Positions 18,294 to 27,321 of a stretch of DNA of 64,000 bases are shown here, one piece after another. The position numbers and the translations under genes are program-made. Numbering within the stretch: the first letter of the stretch is position 1; the number at the start of each line of letters is the position of its first letter. The notes beneath the pieces were generated by a model. The model was not told the DNA's origin, made no database searches, and saw nothing but the letters and a program-made list of their open reading frames with translations. The stretch is from a virus (taxonomy: Duplodnaviria; Heunggongvirae; Uroviricota; Caudoviricetes): positions 1-64,000 of IMG/VR virus record IMGVR_UViG_2814123389_000006; one strand, 5' to 3'.

Positions 18294-18853
18294 GCGCCGC
18301 TGACGAGTGGGATCGCTGCGTGATGTGCGGGGCGGAGGTGTACGAGAACCACCTCGACGGCGGCCGCCTGTACCACCGGCACGGCAAGCCGTGGTGCTAC
18401 CCGGAGGACATCAACAACCCGACGGCCGCGACTCTCCGCATCCCGAGCGGCATCGTTGTGGACCCGACGCCTTCCATCGCGGTGATCGCCGACGTCCTCG
18501 CCGAGCGGCTCCGCCAGGACCTGAAGTGGGGAGAGCAGAACCACCCCAACGTTGACCCCGCGCTGATCGAGTATCAGGCCAGCCTCGCGCGCGTCGCCGA
18601 GGACTACGAGATCCCAACGGCGGATAGGGCAAAGACGCTGTGCCAGTTGGCCGCCTCCGGCCGGGGCTGCACGTGGGCGCACATCTTGATCGAGGAGGTG
18701 GCCGAGGCGATCGAGGCAGCAGCCATCCACGACAAAGCGGTCCACGCCGACGCAGTACTCGCGCCCGGGCTGCGGATGTCACTGCGTGACGAGCTGATCC
18801 AGGTGGCGGCCGTCGCGGTGCAGTGGGCCGAGAAGCTCGGCGGCGCAAAATGA
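18290..18853 (+). CDS. Hypothetical protein (possible MazG-like NTP pyrophosphohydrolase fold)
   Basis: C-terminal segment ILIEEVAEAIEAAAIHDK resembles the MazG EExGE..EA helix. N-terminal CxxC. Weak support. Confidence 0.4.
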   Translation: MSAADEWDRCVMCGAEVYENHLDGGRLYHRHGKPWCYPEDINNPTAATLRIPSGIVVDPTPSIAVIADVLAERLRQDLKWGEQNHPNVDPALIEYQASLARVAEDYEIPTADRAKTLCQLAASGRGCTWAHILIEEVAEAIEAAAIHDKAVHADAVLAPGLRMSLRDELIQVAAVAVQWAEKLGGAK

Positions 18854-19212
18854 CCGGGCTCTGGTGGTTCCTGGCCGGGCTGGCGGTGCTGCCCGTGGGA
18901 TTCGGCATGTGGTGGGCCGGATCGGAGTTGGCCGCCAAGTTGCGCTGGTGGTACACGCGGCCAGTCGACCTATCCAGCAAGACGATTGCCTACCGGCGCT
19001 CGCTGGTCGTCGGCCTATCGCTCGAAATACTTGATGCGACGCATGTTCGGGCGGTCCGGCTGCCCTTCAACCGCCTGTTCATCATCCGATCTACGCCGCG
19101 CACGGAGTACGACTTCGTCGGCAAGCAGTGGGTGGTCATTGGTGACGACTTCGAGAACGCGGAGCAGTCGATGCGTAAGGCGCTCGACGAGTTGGGCTAC
19201 GTCGATGAGTGA
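18850..19212 (+). CDS. Membrane protein
   Basis: ATG 18850 overlaps upstream stop. N-terminal TM helix LWWFLAGLAVLPVGFGMWWAG. Confidence 0.45.
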   Translation: MTGLWWFLAGLAVLPVGFGMWWAGSELAAKLRWWYTRPVDLSSKTIAYRRSLVVGLSLEILDATHVRAVRLPFNRLFIIRSTPRTEYDFVGKQWVVIGDDFENAEQSMRKALDELGYVDE

Positions 19213-19489
19213 ACTAGTTCCGGCTGACGAAATTGAACGGATCGTCGGCGTCCGGCGACATCGCAAGGCGCATTACGGCCGTGCGGTCTCCGCCGAGCAA
19301 ACGGTGTATGTCCTCCACTCGCACGAGTGCCGGGATACCGGGATCGACTTGCGTGAGTGCCGATTCTCGGTCGCGCTGGACCGCGGTATCAATCCCGAAG
19401 CGTGGAGCGCACACCTGGACGTAGCGGTCGCCCTCGGCGTGTGGGATGGCCGCCTGATTCCCCTGAAAGGCACGGAGGTTCACCGATGA
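19205..19489 (+). CDS. Hypothetical protein
   Basis: ATG 19205, in frame with track ORF 18986..19489. Confidence 0.4.
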   Translation: MSELVPADEIERIVGVRRHRKAHYGRAVSAEQTVYVLHSHECRDTGIDLRECRFSVALDRGINPEAWSAHLDVAVALGVWDGRLIPLKGTEVHR

Positions 19490-19860
19490 GCGACCGCATC
19501 GAAACCGTCATCGCTGAAGCGATGCACCGCGCGACCTATGGCGGCGCCGTAGATTTCGCTGACGACTTCAAGTACCGGCAGACCCTCATGCGCCGCCGCG
19601 CCCAGGCCATCCTCGATGCTCTCAAGGCCGCCCGGATAGCTGTAGCGGAACTGCCCGAGCCGATCTTCTCGCCTCGCCACCAGGAGCGGTTCTGGGAAGT
19701 TGGCGACTCACACGTCGTCTTCAGCGAAAAGTGGCTGCACATCCGTGCCGAGCTGGACTACGACGACGGCAACGATGATCCGCTCAGCGTCGCTGACGCG
19801 AGGGCATTCGCGGCCGCACTCCTGGCCGCCGTGGACGCTGCGGAGGCATCCGATGAATGA
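19486..19860 (+). CDS. Hypothetical protein
   Basis: ATGA-coupled. In frame with track ORF 19357..19860. Confidence 0.45.
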   Translation: MSDRIETVIAEAMHRATYGGAVDFADDFKYRQTLMRRRAQAILDALKAARIAVAELPEPIFSPRHQERFWEVGDSHVVFSEKWLHIRAELDYDDGNDDPLSVADARAFAAALLAAVDAAEASDE

Positions 19861-20170
19861 CGCCCAGAAGCTCATCGCCGAAGTGATCGCGGCGCACCAG
19901 GAGTTCGTGGTCTCCCTGGAAGAGGACACGTTGCCGTCGTACCTGGTGCGCTGCCAGGGCAATGGAGAGGTCGATGGATGCGCATGGGACACGTTCGAAT
20001 TCACGTACGACTTCGCCGTAGCCGCCTTCAACGCCCATGTCGCCGCTGAGATCGACAAAGCCCTCGAAGGACTCACCCGGGAGACGCCGTGGATGGTGCC
20101 GCCTGATGACAAATGGACCGGCACAACCCGTTGGGTGTCTGGCTGGACCGAGGCGCATGGTGCCCGATGA
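19853..20170 (+). CDS. Hypothetical protein
   Basis: ATG 19853, in frame with track ORF 19700..20170. Confidence 0.4.
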   Translation: MNDAQKLIAEVIAAHQEFVVSLEEDTLPSYLVRCQGNGEVDGCAWDTFEFTYDFAVAAFNAHVAAEIDKALEGLTRETPWMVPPDDKWTGTTRWVSGWTEAHGAR

Positions 20171-20619
20171 GCCTCTACCTGTGTCCAGTCACGTTCGCTG
20201 AGGCTGCCCGCTTTGTCGAGCAGCATCACCGGCATCACCCGCCGCCAGTTGGCCACAAGTTCAGCGTGGCCATAGCCCAAGAATGCGAAATCGTCGGTGT
20301 CGCAATGGTCGGCCGCCCCGTCGCAGCAGCATTCGATGACGGCTGGACCCTCGAGGTCAACCGCACCTGCACCACCGGCGAACCGAACGCCAACTCGATG
20401 CTCTACGGCGCCGCCTGGCGCGCGGCCAAGGCACTCGGATACCGCCGACTGATCACCTACACCCTCGCCAGCGAGTCCGGCGCCTCACTGCGCGCCGCGG
20501 GCTGGCGCGTCGTGGCCGAACGGAAGCCGCGCAAGGGATGGAACATGCCCGGCCGGCCCCGGGTCGACACCACGAAGCACAACGTGCAACGCACGCTCTG
20601 GGAGGCCACCAATGCCTGA
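20167..20619 (+). CDS. Hypothetical protein (HHRHHPP motif family)
   Basis: ATGA-coupled. In frame with track ORF 20113..20619. Confidence 0.45.
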   Translation: MSLYLCPVTFAEAARFVEQHHRHHPPPVGHKFSVAIAQECEIVGVAMVGRPVAAAFDDGWTLEVNRTCTTGEPNANSMLYGAAWRAAKALGYRRLITYTLASESGASLRAAGWRVVAERKPRKGWNMPGRPRVDTTKHNVQRTLWEATNA

Positions 20620-20998
20620 GCGGATTCAGCGGAAGCGCACCGCAGGCTGGCGGATGCCCGAAGATGCCATCTACGTCGGCCGACCAACCAAGTGGGGCAA
20701 CCCGTTCAAGGTCGGTGAGCAATGCCAGCTCTGGCATCAGGACTGCAGCCAAGGTGCGCGGCCCGGCGATATGCACCGCGACTGGTTCACCGTCGTGGAT
20801 GCCGCGCACGCGGTGCGACTCTTCGCGGCCTGCGTAGACCCTGCCGACGACCGCTACACGGACATGATTCCCGGCGTCCCGACCCCTGCCGACATCGAAG
20901 TACTCCGTGGCCACGACCTCGTCTGCTGGTGCCCGCTCGACCAGCCCTGCCATGCCGACGTGTTGCTCGCCATCGCCAATCAGGAGGCGCATTCGTGA
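20612..20998 (+). CDS. DUF4326-family protein
   Basis: Signature MPERIQRKRTAGWRMPEDAIYVGRPTKWGNPF ... CWCPLDQPCHADVL. Confidence 0.6.
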   Translation: MPERIQRKRTAGWRMPEDAIYVGRPTKWGNPFKVGEQCQLWHQDCSQGARPGDMHRDWFTVVDAAHAVRLFAACVDPADDRYTDMIPGVPTPADIEVLRGHDLVCWCPLDQPCHADVLLAIANQEAHS

Positions 20999-21852
20999 CC
21001 ACCGGAGAACTACTCGCGCTGCTGCGCCGCCACTACATCAAGCCCAGCCAACCGCTCCCCGGTGGCGTGTTCCTGCCCGAGGTCGGCTGGAACCCCGCCG
21101 GCGGGGCCAGCGGCCGCGACGGCGGCTGTGACGCAATCTATGTGGGGTTCACCTCCAGCAGTGGGCGAATCCTTGTTGGCCACGAGCTGAAGGTGTCTCG
21201 GTCGGATTGGCTGAACGAGCTGAACAAGCCGGGCAAGGCCGACGCCTGGGCCGACCAATGCCACCAGTGGTGGCTGGTGGTCAGCGACCCGTCCATCGTG
21301 CACGAAGGCGAACTGCCGCACGGCTGGGGACTGATGAGCCCGGGCCGGTCCAAGACCAAGATGGCCGTGCACACCAAGGCCGATACCAAGACCGACCACC
21401 ACCCGTCCTGGCTGGCTGTCCGGTCGATCATGGCCCGCCAGGACACACTCCGGGCGCAGGAAATCTCTGCCGGCCTGGCCGCCGGCCGCGCCAACCAGCA
21501 CAAGGAGATTGAACGGCGCGCTACCGAACTGATGAAGGCCCGCAACAAGCGGGACGATGCCGAGGAGCTGCGTGCCCGGCTGGACGCCGTCGAGGAAGCC
21601 CTGGGCGCTCCGATCGACTTCGGCGCCAGGTCAACCGACAGCCCCCTGTTCCGGCACATCGGGCTGGCCGCGCTCCGTGAAATCGGCGAGGCCGCAAAGG
21701 CGTACGGCGGTGTCCAAGCTGGCCTGCACCGGCTCACAGAGGGCTATGGCAACCCGATCGGCAATACCCAGCGCGCGCTCGACGCGCTGCGTGACGCGCT
21801 CGTCGAACTGCGTGAGGGCACGAAGGTGGGTGCATCTGCTGATGGCTCGTGA
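20995..21852 (+). CDS. PD-(D/E)XK-like (MmcB-like) nuclease-fold protein
   Basis: RBS CAGGAGGCGC precedes GTG 20995 (GTGA overlap). Motif DAIYVGF...GHELKVSRSDW (D..E.K). Confidence 0.5.
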   Translation: MTTGELLALLRRHYIKPSQPLPGGVFLPEVGWNPAGGASGRDGGCDAIYVGFTSSSGRILVGHELKVSRSDWLNELNKPGKADAWADQCHQWWLVVSDPSIVHEGELPHGWGLMSPGRSKTKMAVHTKADTKTDHHPSWLAVRSIMARQDTLRAQEISAGLAAGRANQHKEIERRATELMKARNKRDDAEELRARLDAVEEALGAPIDFGARSTDSPLFRHIGLAALREIGEAAKAYGGVQAGLHRLTEGYGNPIGNTQRALDALRDALVELREGTKVGASADGS

Positions 21853-22945
21853 CCACACTCGAATCAACCTGGACGTCTGGGGCGACGACGAGTTCCTGGA
21901 CCTGCCGGTCGACGCGCAGAGCCTGTACTGGACGCTCTGGACCAGCCCCGACCGGACGTACTGCGGGGCCCACTGGTGGCACCCAGGGAAGTTGGCTCAG
22001 CGCGCCTCTGACTGGACGGTGCCGCGGTTGGAGGCGGCGGCCGCGGTGCTGTCTGAGCGCCTGTTCCTGGTGGTCGACGTCGACACCGAGGAGTGCCTTC
22101 TGCGGTCGTGGATCAAGCACGACGGGTTGTGGCGAACCCCGAACATGGCGGTGTCGATGGCCAACGATCGCGCCAAGCTGGCCTCCCGGGTGCTGCGCGG
22201 TGTGGTCGTGCACGAGGTCCACAAGATCCGCGAGATGGAGCCCGCGTCGACGTCGTGGGAGCGGGATCAGGTTCGGAATCTGCTGGGGCAGAGGGCGGTC
22301 GATCCGGCTGAGTTGGCTCCGTTTACCCCGGCCGCAACCCGGGGTGTAACCCCGCCTTCAACTACGCCTGTAACCCAGCAGGTAACCCCAGGCGTAACCC
22401 CCCCGCTAACCCTTAGCGATGGGGTTGGGGTTAACCCCCCGCCCAACACCCCCTCTACTACAGCTACAGCTACTTCTACAGCTACACCCGCTAAAGCGGG
22501 CTCTACGCGCGCGCGAGCCCAGCGCGGGCAGCCAACGTTCGGCGAGATGCTCCGCGGCGAGCCCGATCCCATCCCCGACGCCCCGCCAGACGACCAAGGC
22601 GCCCGCCCCGTCGCCGGAACGACGGCAGCCGAGTTGGTGCGATCGACGTTCCCCACGAATCGCTACCCCGCTGCGGTCCTGACGGATCTGCGGATCCGGG
22701 TCGGCGCGCTGCTGCATGAAGGAACCGACCCCGAGCTGATCCGCGATGCCCTGCATCTGTGGGACCAGCGCGACGGCGGACCCGGCCTGCTGCCGCACCT
22801 GCTGGCCGACGCCGTCAAGGCACGCGCCCCCCGGCCCGACGCGAAGAAGCAGAACCCCGGATCCCGCAAGGTCGCCGCCGGCCTGGACCTTGCGGCCCGA
22901 CTCGCCGCCGGAACCAACGACGACCCACCAGCCCTGGAGGCGTGA
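21842..22945 (+). CDS. Hypothetical protein with Pro/Thr-rich linker (candidate replication initiator carrying an internal ori-like repeat tract)
   Basis: ATG 21842, in frame with track ORF 21557..22945. Low-complexity linker (VTPPSTTPVTQQVTPGVTPP...TTATATSTATP) is encoded by phased DNA repeats. Confidence 0.45.
   Translation: MARDHTRINLDVWGDDEFLDLPVDAQSLYWTLWTSPDRTYCGAHWWHPGKLAQRASDWTVPRLEAAAAVLSERLFLVVDVDTEECLLRSWIKHDGLWRTPNMAVSMANDRAKLASRVLRGVVVHEVHKIREMEPASTSWERDQVRNLLGQRAVDPAELAPFTPAATRGVTPPSTTPVTQQVTPGVTPPLTLSDGVGVNPPPNTPSTTATATSTATPAKAGSTRARAQRGQPTFGEMLRGEPDPIPDAPPDDQGARPVAGTTAAELVRSTFPTNRYPAAVLTDLRIRVGALLHEGTDPELIRDALHLWDQRDGGPGLLPHLLADAVKARAPRPDAKKQNPGSRKVAAGLDLAARLAAGTNDDPPALEA
22346..22437. 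repeat. Iteron-like GTAACCC repeats (6-7 copies; four at exact 12-bp spacing)
   Basis: TAACCC at 22347, 22371, 22383, 22395, 22407, 22432, plus variant TTACCCC at 22323. Also GGGTTGGGG. Lies inside the CDS. Confidence 0.45.
22458..22487. repeat. Tandem hexamer repeat (CTACAG)x5, two copies degenerate
   Basis: ctacag ctacag ctactt ctacag ctacac. Encodes TTATATSTAT. Confidence 0.5.
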
Positions 22946-23595
22946 TGACCGAACCCGACATGTACGCAGCTCTGGCCGCGGTGGTGCTCGCCAAGTGCGC
23001 TGCCTACGACCCGTACCTCACCGAGCCGACCGAGGAGCAGGCCCGCGCCTGGGGCGAGCAGTTGGCCCGCTGGGAACTCACCGACCAGCAGCTTCTGATG
23101 GACGCCGTCACCGAGGTCTACGCCGCGAACGGCTCTGGCTATCGGCCGCTGCCGAAAGACGTCACCGACGCTGCCCGCAAGCTCCGTGCCGAGCGCGCGA
23201 CCGCGGAACCGCTTGCGGGGCTGGCGGATCGGCAGGCACGCCAGGATGCAAGGTTCGGCGATGTCGCGGCGATCGAGGTTTCGCCGGCCACCGCGGAGGC
23301 CCGCCGCCGGGCGATCGAGTCTTTCGCGCAGGCCACCGGTCGTCCGGTCAACGAGGCCGACCGGCACGTCACCGTCGATCGAGAGCCGCCGCACCAACGG
23401 CAGAGCCGACTCATCGCGGCTGCCGTCGCCCGAGCCCGGGCCGAAGCACCCCCAGCCCCCATGGGCGACGAGCCGGAGCCAGACCGCGCGGGCACGCTAC
23501 ACGCCGCCTCCGACACGAACGCCCCAACGGCAAGGGGCCAGTGCCCACCAGACAGCTCCGACGGCTCTGCGGCGATCTCAGACGGTGCCCAGTGA
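22945..23595 (+). CDS. Hypothetical protein
   Basis: RBS CTGGAGGCG precedes ATG 22945 (GTGATGA). In frame with track ORF 22759..23595. Confidence 0.4.
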   Translation: MTEPDMYAALAAVVLAKCAAYDPYLTEPTEEQARAWGEQLARWELTDQQLLMDAVTEVYAANGSGYRPLPKDVTDAARKLRAERATAEPLAGLADRQARQDARFGDVAAIEVSPATAEARRRAIESFAQATGRPVNEADRHVTVDREPPHQRQSRLIAAAVARARAEAPPAPMGDEPEPDRAGTLHAASDTNAPTARGQCPPDSSDGSAAISDGAQ

Positions 23596-23969
23596 GCGGC
23601 GTGGAGTACACCCCCGAGCAGATCAACGCCCAGTTCGCGGGGATCACCGGCCGCTACGACGGCCCGGTCCGATGCCAGTGCAGCCTGCATGACCAGCCGT
23701 GCGCCGGCCGGGCCGACGTGATCGTCGAGGCGCACCAACTCGGCCGCTGCAACACCTCCGAGTGCAACGACTTCGGCAACCGAGTCGAGCTGCTCTGCGA
23801 GGAGTGCGCCCGGGCGCTGTGGCTCGAGGCGCTGCGGTTGGCCGCCAACGCGCGGCAGCACGCACACCAGCACGGCGGACGGCCAGCGTGCATGTCCTGC
23901 CTCAAGACCATCGCCCACGGGTCCGACCTCGTGGTGTCCGTGAAACGAATCCCCGGAGGTGTCCAGTGA
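23592..23969 (+). CDS. Cys-rich hypothetical protein
   Basis: GTGA-coupled. In frame with C-terminal part of track ORF 22746..23969. About 11 Cys. Confidence 0.4.
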   Translation: MSGVEYTPEQINAQFAGITGRYDGPVRCQCSLHDQPCAGRADVIVEAHQLGRCNTSECNDFGNRVELLCEECARALWLEALRLAANARQHAHQHGGRPACMSCLKTIAHGSDLVVSVKRIPGGVQ

Positions 23970-24079
23970 GCTCGACGCAGCACCCAGTGAGCGGCGCCGA
24001 CGCCCACTACTCGGTGTACGGCGTGATCGACTCCGACGGCAACCGGTACGGCTACGTCCGTGCGTGGACCGTGGAGTAG
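23966..24079 (+). CDS. Possible mini-protein (37 aa)
   Basis: RBS CCGGAGGTG. GTGA-coupled. Below track cut-off. Confidence 0.25.
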   Translation: MSSTQHPVSGADAHYSVYGVIDSDGNRYGYVRAWTVE

Positions 24080-24103
24080 TTCGCGAAGTGGCGGATCCGC
24101 CGC

Positions 24104-24331
24104 ATGCCGTCGGGTGCGCTGCCACCGTGGCGTGATGGCCGCATCCCCGACGAGGCGATCGCCGGCGAGGATGGCCGCGTTCACGGCGAGTTCGAGTGCC
24201 CCTGGTGGGTCTGGGCGCCGCGGTGCGCAGAGCCGTGCATCACGGTGTCGAGCCATCAGGGTGCCTTGCGGTTCATCCAGGCCGCGTTCGATGACGGAGC
24301 TGTCGCCACGCTGATTGCGGCTGGCTCATGA
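24104..24331 (+). CDS. Hypothetical protein
   Basis: Track ORF, coupled to rusA by ATGA. Confidence 0.35.
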   Translation: MPSGALPPWRDGRIPDEAIAGEDGRVHGEFECPWWVWAPRCAEPCITVSSHQGALRFIQAAFDDGAVATLIAAGS

Positions 24332-24771
24332 GCTGGCCGATCGAGTTCTGGGCACCCGGGAAGCCTCAACCGCAGGGCTCCAAGAGCCAGGACCGGCACG
24401 GCAACATGTTCGAGTCCGCCGCCGACCTGTCGGTGTGGCGTAAAGCCGTGTGGGCGTACGCACGTCAGGCAATGCGGCGCCTCCCGCCCGCGCTGGCCAC
24501 GGTGCCGATGGTGTGCGAGGTGGAGTTCGTCCTCTACCGACCGAAGAACCTGCCCAAGACGAAGGCGACCCCGCCGGCAGTGAAGAAACCCGACAGCGAC
24601 AAGTTGGCCCGCGCCATCGGCGACGCCATGAAAGGCGTTGTGTACGCCGATGATTCCCAGATCGTCCGCTGGCTGATCAGCAAGCGGATCGCCGAACCCG
24701 GCGAACAGATGGGTGCCCGAATAACCGTGTACCCGGTTGACAAAGAAGGAGATTCACGAAATGGCACGTAA
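24328..24771 (+). CDS. rusA: RusA-family Holliday junction resolvase
   Basis: RusA core PDSDKLARAIGDAMKGVVYADDSQIVRW, comparable to E. coli RusA [26 protein letters not shown]. Confidence 0.75.
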   Translation: MSWPIEFWAPGKPQPQGSKSQDRHGNMFESAADLSVWRKAVWAYARQAMRRLPPALATVPMVCEVEFVLYRPKNLPKTKATPPAVKKPDSDKLARAIGDAMKGVVYADDSQIVRWLISKRIAEPGEQMGARITVYPVDKEGDSRNGT

Positions 24772-25000
24772 ACAACCGTCCCGCATCCTCGAGGTCTACC
24801 CGGCCAAGGACGGACACCGCTGGCACATGTTCTACGCCGGGAAGGTGATCGCCGAATCAGGCCAGGCGTACAAGACCCGCAACAGCGCCCGGGCTGGCGC
24901 CCGCAACGCGTTCCGGGGCGTCGCCTATCCGATCCTGTTCCGGTTCCAGAAGTACATGCCTGGCCAGCACCGTCACGTCTGGGTCACCGAAGCGCTCTAA
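24761..25000 (+). CDS. DUF1508 (YegP/UPF0339) domain protein
   Basis: RBS AAGGAGATTCACGAA precedes ATG 24761. Motif KDGHRWHMFYAGKVIAESGQAYKTRNSARAGARNAFR. Confidence 0.6.
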   Translation: MARKQPSRILEVYPAKDGHRWHMFYAGKVIAESGQAYKTRNSARAGARNAFRGVAYPILFRFQKYMPGQHRHVWVTEAL

Positions 25001-25045
25001 CACCCCAGTCCAAACCCCCACCACCACACAAGGAGATTCACGACA

Positions 25046-25492
25046 ATGCAAATCCGACGAGTCGCCATCATCGCCGCCATCGATGTAGCGCTCACCAAGC
25101 ACGACAAGGACGTCAACGAGTACCAGAGGCAGGTAGCCAAATGGAAAGCTGACCGCCGCGCCGCCTGGGACAAGGAGTCGACGGCACGTTGGAAAGCGTT
25201 ACGCGACTTGATCACCGCACGCCTGCGTGCTGGCAAGCCCATCACGCCCAGCGACCTCAAGGGTGCGCTCGGCTCAGAGTCGGCGGTCAACCGCTGCTTC
25301 GCCGATCGCGAACCCAGCGCCAGCGAGATCGTGGTTCCTCGCTGCCCGGTGGAGAAGCTGAAGTCCTTCCGGTCCGCGCTGGTGGCGATCGCCGACGACG
25401 CTGTCACCCCGTCGGCGCTGAAAGCCCTGGGCTACAAAGAGCTTGAGTGGGTGTTCACCGCGGCAATCAAGAACGGCGGGGCTGTCCGGTGA
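25046..25492 (+). CDS. Hypothetical protein
   Basis: Same 14-nt RBS block AAGGAGATTCACGA as the previous gene. Confidence 0.45.
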   Translation: MQIRRVAIIAAIDVALTKHDKDVNEYQRQVAKWKADRRAAWDKESTARWKALRDLITARLRAGKPITPSDLKGALGSESAVNRCFADREPSASEIVVPRCPVEKLKSFRSALVAIADDAVTPSALKALGYKELEWVFTAAIKNGGAVR

Positions 25493-25845
25493 CGAGTACT
25501 GACGGCGAGCTCCCGCAGCTGCCTCCGCGCATCGAGGACATCCGGCCGGTGCCGACCATCGGTCGGATCGTCCACTACACCCAGGAACGTCCGATGTGGA
25601 TGCGGGTACATACCGAGTCCCCAGATGCCCTCAAGTGGCGGCCGACAACGTACCCGGCGATCGTCACCGCGGTCATCAACGACGCGGACGCGGTGAGCCT
25701 GCAGGTGTTCGCCGTCGAGGGTGTGTTCCCTGTGGTCATCTGCCCCCGCGCCGATGAACCCACCGAGGGGCACTGGCACTGGCCACCTGGAGGCGATGCG
25801 TGGGCGATCCGTCTCGCTCAGCAGAACCCAGGGGAGTCGCGATGA
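25489..25845 (+). CDS. Hypothetical protein
   Basis: GTGA-coupled. In frame with track ORF 25447..25845. Confidence 0.4.
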   Translation: MTSTDGELPQLPPRIEDIRPVPTIGRIVHYTQERPMWMRVHTESPDALKWRPTTYPAIVTAVINDADAVSLQVFAVEGVFPVVICPRADEPTEGHWHWPPGGDAWAIRLAQQNPGESR

Positions 25846-26186
25846 GCGCCGACAACTGGGCGAACTGCAAGGCCTGTATCGATAACGCGAACCGTGAGAT
25901 CGAGGAGGTCCGCAGGGAATACCAGGAGCAGCTCAATTCCAGCTATGGCGAGATCCCGCTGGACGAGTATCAGTTGCTGCAGGCGGAAGCAGCTCAGGCC
26001 ATCAGGGATGCAACGTCGAGATCCGCCGTTCCGCTCGGCACGTTTCGGGAGGACTACGAGTTCTACGGTGCCGAGGACGGGGAGGTGACCGCCTGCTACT
26101 CCGGGCGCTGCACCACGTGTGGGTACGGAGTGAGCTTCAAGCACACCGTGCCGATCCCCGAATTGGCGGAGGGCAAGCGGTCGTGA
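25842..26186 (+). CDS. Hypothetical protein
   Basis: ATGA-coupled. In frame with track ORF 25800..26186. Confidence 0.4.
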   Translation: MSADNWANCKACIDNANREIEEVRREYQEQLNSSYGEIPLDEYQLLQAEAAQAIRDATSRSAVPLGTFREDYEFYGAEDGEVTACYSGRCTTCGYGVSFKHTVPIPELAEGKRS

Positions 26187-26815
26187 GCAACGTGTGGTTC
26201 ACCTCCGACCTGCACATCGGCCACGAGTTGGTCGCGGTGCAGCGGTTCCAGCCATCCCAGATCGACGGGCCCGCCGCGATCGCATGGCACGACGCCACGC
26301 TGGCTCGAGTGTGGGACGGCAGCGTCGGCAAGGACGACCAGGTGTGGGTGCTCGGGGACCTGTCAGCGGGCGGCCCGGAGGCAACGGCATACGCGCTGAA
26401 CTGGATTGCAGACCGGCCGGGCACCAAGCACTTGGTGCCCGGCAACCACTGCCCGGTTCACCCGATGTACCGGGATGCCCACCGGTGGCAGTCGGCGTAT
26501 CAGCAAGTGTTCGCGTCGGTGCAGCCGTTCGCGCGGCGCAAGATCGCCGGGCGCTCAGTGCTGTTGTCCCACTTCCCATATGCGGGAGGTGGTGACCACA
26601 CCACCGAGGAGAGGTACACGCAGTACCGGCTGCAGGACGAGGGGTTGGTGCTGCTGCATGGCCATACGCACCGCGCAGAGAAGGTCAGTTGGGTTGGCCC
26701 GGCGGGGTTCCCACTCGCCTCGACTCTGCAGATCCATGTCGGTGTCGACGCGTGGGAAATGCGGCCGGTCCACCTTGACGAGGTGGCGGTGCTGATTGAG
26801 GAGTCGCATCGATGA
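26183..26815 (+). CDS. Calcineurin-like metallophosphoesterase (Ser/Thr phosphatase family)
   Basis: Motifs SDLHIGH, GDL, GNHC, HGHTH. GTGA-coupled. Confidence 0.65.
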   Translation: MSNVWFTSDLHIGHELVAVQRFQPSQIDGPAAIAWHDATLARVWDGSVGKDDQVWVLGDLSAGGPEATAYALNWIADRPGTKHLVPGNHCPVHPMYRDAHRWQSAYQQVFASVQPFARRKIAGRSVLLSHFPYAGGGDHTTEERYTQYRLQDEGLVLLHGHTHRAEKVSWVGPAGFPLASTLQIHVGVDAWEMRPVHLDEVAVLIEESHR

Positions 26816-27309
26816 GTGGAACAAGGCGAAGTTCGCGCCGATCGCGGGGCTTCTTCGGTGTGGCGATCTGGCGTCCGAAACGGGAGATCAACGTCGGCAC
26901 CCTGTGGCGGTCGGCGTTCCTGTACGACGCCGCGTTCTGCGCCACCGTTGGCGGCCAACGCTACGAGAAGCAGGCCTCCGACACCCCGGGCACCGCGAAT
27001 CACATTCCGCTGGTGGCCTACCAGGACATCGACGACCTGATCGAGCACCTCCCGCAGTCATGCGAATTGGTCGGGGTGGAGTTGGACGACCGGGCTGTCC
27101 CGCTCACCAGATTCCACCATCCGATGCGGGCGGTGTATCTCCTCGGCGCCGAGGACCATGGACTGCCTCCGCGGGTCCTGGCGCGGTGCCATCGGGTGGT
27201 TCAGATCCCGGGGGCGCAGGACTGGTCGATGAACGTTGGCGTGGCCGGCTCCATCGTGATGTACGACCGGTTCGCCAAGACCGCGGGCGCGGAAGCCGCG
27301 GCGTCATGA
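26812..27309 (+). CDS. SpoU/TrmH-family RNA 2'-O-methyltransferase
   Basis: SPOUT motifs AVYLLGAEDHGLPPRVLARCHRVVQIPGAQDWSMNVGVAGSIVMYD. Confidence 0.65.
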   Translation: MSGTRRSSRRSRGFFGVAIWRPKREINVGTLWRSAFLYDAAFCATVGGQRYEKQASDTPGTANHIPLVAYQDIDDLIEHLPQSCELVGVELDDRAVPLTRFHHPMRAVYLLGAEDHGLPPRVLARCHRVVQIPGAQDWSMNVGVAGSIVMYDRFAKTAGAEAAAS

Positions 27310-27321
27310 GCTACGCGGCTG

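Noticed and set aside
18290-18853. MazG/dUTPase assignment
   Set aside because: Only a short helix resembles the MazG EExGE motif. That is insufficient for a functional call, so the protein is left as hypothetical.
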